A stretch of 64,000 nucleotides of DNA from Lama glama. Its lineage: Eukaryota. The notes under the pieces were generated by a model. It did no database searches. It was not told where the DNA came from and saw only the letters and a program-made list of their open reading frames with translations. How positions within the stretch are numbered: the stretch's first letter is position 1; each line of letters opens with the position of its first letter. The position numbers and the translations under genes are program-made. The stretch lies in assembly GCA_028534125.1 (NCBI GenBank), contig CM052817.1, positions 108,254,001 through 108,318,000 of the forward strand, given 5' to 3'. Positions 55,950-64,000 of the stretch are shown one piece after another.

Positions 55950-58440
55950 TACATTGGTCTGTCACTCAGGGGGTGGCAGCAGAAATTAAGGGCAAGCTCA
56001 GAGCCAAAAGTATCCAGCAGGCCTCCACTGGTGCTCCTCATATAATGGAAGAGGGGACAAAAAGGAGAAGAAAAGAAAATATAAACACCCCAACACACAG
56101 CTACAACCATTTCCAAATCTGCACATGGTTACAAGATGTAAATACCTAACCACAGACACTCCTATGTCCACATGACTTTCTTCAGCACTGTAGCTGGGCA
56201 GAATTCCTTCCTTGGCGGGTATGACCCAAACCTCCACTCCTGCAGGATCTGAGTCCTTCCTGGTCTTCTCTTTTTTGGGTTTCTATAGTTTTCTTGGGAA
56301 TACTTACTGGACAAGAGAATATTAAGAGGCATTGGAGTGGATAGTGAAGCTTTCCTCCTCTCCTCTGCCATCACTTGTCACATTTCCCCTCCCCTGGTTC
56401 AGTACACATCACTCCTGTGTTATAGCAGGATGCTGACATGTATGTACAGTCTCACAGCTCAGTGGGTCAGATGATGCCATTTCTTTAGGATGATAATATT
56501 ATGTTGCAGAGGCTCATGGTATCCTCTGGGCAGAAGCCATTTCTTCAGGATGCAGATATTACATTGCAGAGGCATGTGGTGTCCTCTAGACAGAAGCTGC
56601 ATGACCACCAGTGCCCAGTGGCAAGTCAGAAGCTACTTTTGAAGTGGAAACAAGCTGCCAGCAGCAGAGAGCCAGGCCTCGCTTCAACCTTGGGCATCAA
56701 ACACTTCAAATATTATTGGTTCTCCTTGGTCTCAAGACTCGGGTCAACCTCCACTGCAGCCTGAACCTGCTGCTTGGTTTATCTCTTTGGGTCCAACGGG
56801 TTAATACTAATATATGTGGCCAAGACACCTGTTCCAATGTGGAGAACCCATCACCTGGAGAATCCAACCAGGTCTACCAGGCACTGCTTCTTTCTGTGTC
56901 TTCAGTGCTGAAAGGTACAACCAGCCTCAGTTCAATGATGCTTAAAAAACTACCCATGAGGCAGACACCCTAACTTCTGAGGGGTTTACCACCCACACTG
57001 TCACACACACTTTTGCAAGGCATCGAAGTGGCTTACTACTTTCAGCTCATCAGGTCCAAATTGTATGGTGTCATCAATATAATGTACCCAGATTAGTGTT
57101 CTGCTGGAGAGGTCATCACATCTAGAGTAGTTCCTAGACCTCTTTTGAAGATCTGGTGGGATTTAACTATTGTTATTGGCCTAAAGACAATGAGATGTTG
57201 GTGTGAGGAAGAATTGCCTTCATCTTAGGAAGCAACTGTTCCATGTGTGGACATTAAAATATGTCTTTGTACATAGGGGATGGATTCCCTGCAGAGTTGA
57301 AAGGTTTGCTTGTGCTTGCATAGAAATTCTGGGAGATTTGGAATTCCTAGGCTTCCAGCCCCATCCAAGTCTATACCAATGCCTTTGCTGGACACATTAG
57401 AGTTCCCCACCCGGCCTAATCAGGACAATCGTATTAGGGCCTGTGGGACAGCATTTCATTGGCAAAGCAATCTGCTCACTTAAGTTCCTGCTAGTCATAA
57501 ATTCCCCACTACTACATGAGAGGAGGGACTCAAGCAGGCTTTCTGGTTCTCCACGCATATTCTTAATTTTATGTTCCTAGGTTTTAATTTCTCGTATCCC
57601 CTGTGTTTGTCCCCTGGGGACAGAAAGAGAAGCAGGAGAGCGCCAATGTTTCAAACCACTGCTGTTGTCACAACCAGAAAATGCCACAGCGACCTGCTTT
57701 CCCAACAGCGCCCCCTCATCCTCTGCTCCCATGAGTGACAGCTCTGGTCAGCATGACATCACCATCTGCCATAAGTTACCCAAGTCCCACCCCAACTTTG
57801 TAAAGAGTAGCATCTCGCTTGCTCCTCCCGTGTCTGAGGAGCCTAATCCTTGAATTCCACTGTGAGATTCTGTGTCCTAGGGCCACTTACAGCACCAATT
57901 GCTGGATACCTGGGTCCCAGCGTAAAACAGATGACATATGCAAGCAGAACATTCCAAGGGCATTTACTCGCAAGGGTGTGTGAGTGAAGGAAACCACAAA
58001 ACCTAGTATAACAATCTAGGGTAGTAGCAGAGAGTTGTGGACCTCTTTAGGCAGAGGGGCATGAGGGAGGAATCAGGTCCCAGAGCCCAAAAGGAGAGAG
58101 ACATGAGGCACAAGGCTGTCTTGAAACATGCAGGGATCCTCGGTTGAAAGGATACAAATCACCTGGGGTGAGCTACAGGAAGAACTATGTTCACCTGATG
58201 AGGCTCCCTGTTGGTGCAAGTCAACAGAAAGTCAGGGTGGAGAAAGCCGTTCCTGCAGCTCACAGAGGTCAGCTGCTTGGGGTGGAAACCAAGACAGAGA
58301 AGGAAAGACAGTGCATTGTAGGAGGAAATGGAAATATGCCCAAGGCACACCAGCCATTATTCCTTAAACCTAATCAAGATCCAGGTAAATGACTGAATAT
58401 GAGATAAACCGCTAGGCAGAAATGCTGAGAGTTCAATTTC
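55950..58440 (-). mobile_element. Ancient ERVL/MaLR-class internal relic with an adjacent LTR (about 57900-58440)
   Basis: Minus strand near 56745-56775 reads QQVQAAVEVD, resembling the ERVL pol motif QQVQAAVQAA; LTR-like end gggtcccagcgtaaaacagatgaca. Family and boundaries uncertain. Confidence 0.55.
56476..56597. repeat. 60-bp tandem duplication
   Basis: gccatttctt(t/c)aggatg...ttgcagaggc...tcctct...cagaa twice at period 60. Confidence 0.9.
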
Positions 58441-58861
58441 ATAACAGCTATCCATGGGGAAGGCGTTTTCCATTATCAACGTTGGTGAGTAGGTTGCTTG
58501 GTTGATTGATTTGGGGAGTCCCTAGAGGGAAGCCTGGGAAGGGAAGGACGGCGTGACATCTGTCCCACTTGGATTCAGACACATTTACTCCACCTTCAGA
58601 GAGAGAAGGTAACAAGGGCAATGATTTCGCAGGGTCTTGGGAGCCAGTGCGGCACAATCAGCGCCTTTTTGGATGAGCCCTCCCCCAACCCGCTTGGATA
58701 GTGACACAGCTCCGCCAGGATGAAGATCTGAGGAATTTTATGCAGCTTTGCCAGCTTGAGGTTCTATCACTATGGGAACATCTCACAGAGTACACAGATG
58801 TCTCACTTACAGCACTAGCCAGAGCGGAGGACAGCACGTCATACAATGGCTTGGTGCCCAT

Positions 58862-59111
58862 GAGGGATAAATTGGGAATTCGAGATTAACAGATACACAC
58901 TACCACATATAAAATAATAAACAAAAATGTCCTACTGTACAGTACAGGGAACTATATTCAATACCTTGTAATAACATATAATGAAAAAGAATATGAAAAG
59001 AAATATATATACGTATAACTGAATCACTATGCTGTACACCAGAAATCAACACAACAATGAAAACCGATTACACTTCAATTAAAAATAAAAATAAATTTTT
59101 AAGTACAATAA
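58862..59111 (+). mobile_element. L1 3' end
   Basis: TSD aatggcttggtgcccatgaggga / aatggcttcatgcccatgaggga. Confidence 0.92.
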
Positions 59112-59814
59112 AATGGCTTCATGCCCATGAGGGACTGAGGAGGGGTAAGAGCTGGAGGCCCTGGGAGGACTTGGGAGCACACATGACCCCCACAAGTGGG
59201 CAGAGGAGGGACTTCTTGGAGAGAAGACACTCTATTTTGCAAGAGACCAAGAGCTAATGAAATTTTGAACATTATTGTTAAGAATCACCCATTTTGAATT
59301 CACAGCCTAAGGAGACCTGGGGAAACACAGTTTACACTGCCAAGTTCAGTTTTTAGAGGATGACCTCTCCTATATGACCAAACTAGCAATTATTCAGATC
59401 TAGTGCAATTATTTTCTTTGATGTAACTTCATTAATAGGAGTGCAATCCTAGCTTAGTACCTAGAAAGACACAAATTTGTCATTGATTTCAGCATAGACT
59501 AATAAGAAGTGTAAAAATAATTACCCTCTGGTAGCTCTGATAGTTTTTTTCTGGACTATAGCAAAAAAACAAAGAAACAAAGAAACAAACAAAACTATGC
59601 AAAGCTTTTTAATGAGGGCAATTATCCTAAGAAGTTCTAATTCAAATAATACTAAAGAATGAATAGTCTAAATTTAGAAAGATATATCACGTGAAGAATA
59701 ACAAGTGAATATAATACTTAGATGGTATCGAGCAAATGCCTTTGATCAATTATCACGTTGACTTAATTCCTTATATACTTGATTTTTAAAATTTTTTTTA
59801 TTGCTCAGGTACAT

Positions 59815-59945
59815 TTTTATCCATTCAACAAATATTTGTTGGTCATGTGTACACTGAGTACTAGAGAAATCAAGGTTAATATCAAGGGTTTTGCCTTCAG
59901 AGAGCACACATTCTAGTAAGAAAGACAGACTACTGCATTGAAGGG
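59815..59945 (-). mobile_element. L2 3' end
   Basis: ccattcaacaaatatttgttg...gccttcagagagcacacattctag. Confidence 0.65.
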
Positions 59946-60439
59946 ATAGTGTTAAGAAAGTTACTTCTCCTGGAAAAAGAGACATGGTTCTAAAAGCAGG
60001 GAAGATTGCTTTTCACACAGAGACCTGTGGAAACGCACAATAAGAAAGGCTTCAATCTCAAAGCCTCTGTCCGTTTTGAACTGCGGAAATGTGGGTCTGA
60101 GCTCGGTTCATGTTTTATTTAATAGAGCGCTTTAACAAGCCCTGGGATGTGTAAAAAGTGGATCTACAGCTAAGAAGAGGCAGAGGAAGCTAGATTACAC
60201 TTATTTTTAAAAAGGAGGAGATTTGAATTTCCAGGAGACACCCAATAAGAATGGTCCAGAAAAAAAAAAGAAGAAGCAAAGAAACACAGCAAAGTAGGAG
60301 CCAGGATCTCATGGAGAAGATGGTCAGAAATTCCTGGGAAAGAGGATATAAGGTATTTATGTAAAACATGGAGGTCTAATATTCCAATTTAGCTTGTATT
60401 GCTAGGATGTAAACTTCTTCGCTCTACCTGCGGTGAAAC

Positions 60440-60940
60440 TGTGACAGAAAAGAACAAATCTGACTCCACATTAGATCTGCTCCTTTGGCTCTAACCCTGC
60501 GCTCTGTTTCCTTGCTCGGTCAAGCTGGCTCTGCACCTTTTGTAAAAGGATGTTGCCTGGAGCCTGAAATAGACAGGACAGGCCATTCTCAGGGCTCTGA
60601 CCTTTAAGGGTGCAACACTTTTCCATTCATAAAGATTGAAAGTTGCAGAACAGAGAATAACATGTTTTCTATTGGAGGTTTACAGGGACACCATGACCTG
60701 ATCCACGTGGACAGCTGCAAGAACAAAGGATTCTGATACCAAAAAGTTTGCAACAACCAACCACACCCCTTCTCCTCTTTAGTATAAAAGGAGCCTGAAC
60801 TCTGACTTGGGGAAGATGGATCTCCAGGACATTAGTCTGCTGGTTATCCCATTAAAGTCCTTATTCCTTGCTCCAACACCTCATCTCTGGATTTATCAGC
60901 CCATCGTGGGGCGAGCAGACCGAGTCTGGACATGGTAACA
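60440..60940 (+). mobile_element. ERV solo LTR (ERV1/MER41-like)
   Basis: TG...CA termini (tgtgac / gtaaca), TATA agtataaaag at 60781, attaaa at 60851, imperfect TSD gaaac / gaatc. Confidence 0.85.
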
Positions 60941-61229
60941 GAATCTTTCTGTGGGGGTTAAATTCCACTTCTGCATGAGCAGAGAACAGAGAGGTTACTG
61001 CAAGGATTTTGTGTCTTCAAAGGAATATCTACAGCTTGGTCACACATTTTAGAAAAGCTGTTTTTTGAAGGTGAAAATAAAGTTACATAACTATCAGAGA
61101 CCAAAGGTGCCAGAAAACTTTAATCTATTTTAATATAGCAGTGCTTAAGTTCTTATTATATCTGAATGAGGCAGGAAGGAATAAAAGTTTCCTTGTCAAA
61201 AAATATTAATTTGGTCGCTAAGTTCATGA

Positions 61230-61640
61230 AGTTTTACGCAAATAGCAACAACAAAAATTCAGCTCCAACTGCCTTAAAAATAAGATAAATATATTGGTTC
61301 ATAGAATTATAAATCCAGAGTTCTAGTAGGACTGGGTTGACCCAATCACTCCGATTTTCTTTCCCTCAGTTTTAAGTTTAAGATGAATTCATACGATAGT
61401 AGAAACTGGTGCTTCCTGCAGCTGGGAAGAAAGCAGTTTTGTTGCGTCATTCCAAGACGTCCTGAGGTTTATCCTCATTGGCTCGTGTAGGTCACATGGT
61501 CAGTTTTCATCCAATGCCTGAGTCCAGGAAAGAAGAAATACAGTGTTGGTTTGGGACTCACCACTAAAGCCGAGAGTTAGTGGATGTGTGGGTACCATTA
61601 CCTGTCGGCGTTGGGGGGAGCGCAAAGCAGAGACATCGGC
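61230..61640 (-). mobile_element. Old MLT1-like LTR
   Basis: caactgccttaaaaataag...ttggttcatag and ctcattggctcgtgtaggtcacatgg motifs. Confidence 0.6.
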
Positions 61641-63350
61641 ATGTCCACCAGAGTGGATAAATATGGGGGGCAAAAGGTAACTCTAAGAAAGGGGAAATTC
61701 TATGACTTTATAAAGAAAATTGCTTTCTCTCACCTTAGAAACATTTACATTGATTTGATCACTTCGATATAACTTGCTATGACTCTGGCCTCCTGTTTGT
61801 GTCAAAGGCTGTTCCTTGAACTTTGTGTAAATTCCGATAACACCGTAAACGCAGTTGGAACGGCATCACTTCCTCCTACGTGCACAGCTCAAGAAAAGTT
61901 CAAGGCCACGAAAGTGTTTTGAGGCCCAAATAAACCCTGAGAGGCCCTGAATACCGGCTCTGTTCTCAGCCGTTTTATAACATCATAAATAGTTCTGTGT
62001 TTGATACCGCCAATGAGTTCCATGAAAGAATTTTTAGCCCACAAACATTCTTGTTCAGCATTCTCCTTTCGGCAGCCCTAATTAGGTTTTTTTTTATAGG
62101 ACTATGCTAAAATACATTGTGGTTGGATTGCTATTTTTAAAACTTAAACAAAATGTTATGTCGTAACGGAACAACAAGATTTTTGTTTTTGCTGTCGGTT
62201 GTTTTTCATTTGTTTTGCGTGCATCCCCTCACCCAGCACTAAAACAGCCGTGTCTGGACGGTATAGTTTTAATGACAGATTTTTGTTGCTCTGTGCCATG
62301 TATGGATGAGTGAATGCGTTAAAGTCGTAGCCAAAAAATGTTTTTCAGGTGGTGACATTAAAGCAAAAATTCCAGTTTGAGTTCATCGTATTTCACCTAT
62401 GGATCAAAGTTACTTACAGAAATAAGGAACCCAATCTGCTGAAGTTAACTTGAAGTTTGCACGATCTGTAGAATTCATTATTAATTTTGGAAAAGTACTT
62501 CTGTCAGATCATACACAAAAGCTTCATTCAGATGTGCTATTAACATTCCTTTCCACTGGAATGCATCTCAGAGCCGATGTTAACGGCAAGAAGTCCTGGT
62601 ACCATTAGCGGCGAGATAATTTATAGAGATAAAAACGTATGTTTTGTTCTCTCTCCTATAGAAGATTCCTAAAGTATGAGAGCTATTTTCTTTCTCTTGC
62701 GCTCAAACCCCCTTTGAAATGTTTTGCTGGGTTTCGAGTCCGGGAGGCAGAAAGAGGCCCTCACCCTGGGGTCAGATATAATGGGTTTTGGATTAAACTG
62801 TCATAAATTGAAGGGTGTGGCTCTGAAGTTAGCGGCAAATTAAGGCTGAAAAGGTCTAAACTGCTAGACAATTTCTCTGAGGTGAACGATAGAGATGGGT
62901 GTTCTGTTTATTGGATTTGATTATTTTTCACGAGAGTAGCGAGGAGAGGGGTCCTTCCTAAGGCAGGGAAAGATACAGAAGGACACGAGAGCGGACAGAA
63001 GCCAGAACAGGGTGGCGTGGGGCCTTGGCGGATGGACCACCCTAAGCACACGACCCCGGGGTCTGCGCAAAGATGTGCTCGGGCTCGCGTGGACGAATGC
63101 AGCTGCTCACATCTGGAAGGCCGTCTGACTCAGGAGATGACTCGTGCCCGGGACACGGGCATTCTTTAGCTCGTTTTCCCAGCATTGCTAAGATCTCCAG
63201 TCCATGGAGTGAAAGGGGAGGGGCCCTCAAGATAAGACAGAATTGAATTTCTCACCCCCTGGGCAAAGCGAGGGCGTAGATTCAATTTAATTTTGCAAAA
63301 TAAGGCACAGTGGACTCTCCTTATGCCTTCCTTACAACTGTTGAGTGGAA

Positions 63351-63850
63351 NNNNNNNNNNNNNNNNNNNNNNNNNNNNNNNNNNNNNNNNNNNNNNNNNN
63401 NNNNNNNNNNNNNNNNNNNNNNNNNNNNNNNNNNNNNNNNNNNNNNNNNNNNNNNNNNNNNNNNNNNNNNNNNNNNNNNNNNNNNNNNNNNNNNNNNNNN
63501 NNNNNNNNNNNNNNNNNNNNNNNNNNNNNNNNNNNNNNNNNNNNNNNNNNNNNNNNNNNNNNNNNNNNNNNNNNNNNNNNNNNNNNNNNNNNNNNNNNNN
63601 NNNNNNNNNNNNNNNNNNNNNNNNNNNNNNNNNNNNNNNNNNNNNNNNNNNNNNNNNNNNNNNNNNNNNNNNNNNNNNNNNNNNNNNNNNNNNNNNNNNN
63701 NNNNNNNNNNNNNNNNNNNNNNNNNNNNNNNNNNNNNNNNNNNNNNNNNNNNNNNNNNNNNNNNNNNNNNNNNNNNNNNNNNNNNNNNNNNNNNNNNNNN
63801 NNNNNNNNNNNNNNNNNNNNNNNNNNNNNNNNNNNNNNNNNNNNNNNNNN
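63351..63850. other. Assembly gap (500 N)
   Basis: Run of exactly 500 N. Confidence 1.
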
Positions 63851-64000
63851 TAAACTTCAACAAAAATCTATATAAAATGTGTGGCCTGCTCCAGTACTCA
63901 GGGAGGAATTTATAGCTTTGGATGCATTTGGAAAATATGAATGGTTGGAAACACATGGAATAAACATTTAAATCAAGAAGTTTTGGAAAGAACAACAAAA

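Noticed and set aside
50500..64000. Exons of the upstream neighbour GLRB
   Set aside because: No glycine-receptor coding sequence seen; the gene is expected further away if synteny holds.

Overview
Mammalian genomic DNA, most likely camelid (four tRNA-derived Vic-1-type SINEs and camelid-like L1 3' ends), with two fixed 500-N scaffold gaps. The only protein-coding gene is the 5' end of GRIA2 (AMPA receptor subunit GluA2) on the minus strand: coding exon 1 (49637-49550) and exon 2 (49006-48866). They lie in a CpG island carrying a near-perfect RE1/NRSE, an NRF-1 site, GC boxes and a GU-repeat 5' leader. Positions 1-48865 are the long intron 2 (exon 3 not seen). Positions above about 50.4 kb are upstream intergenic DNA. 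Both are filled with L1, SINE, LTR and DNA-transposon relics. I found no clearly new biological system. The best lead is a strong 5'UTR splice donor that would fuse an ATG inside the GU repeat in frame to exon 2. Other leads are four twin-primed L1 inversions, local dispersed duplications, an AT-rich palindrome and a short telomere-like insert. Repeat family names are from memory of consensus sequences, not from a search.
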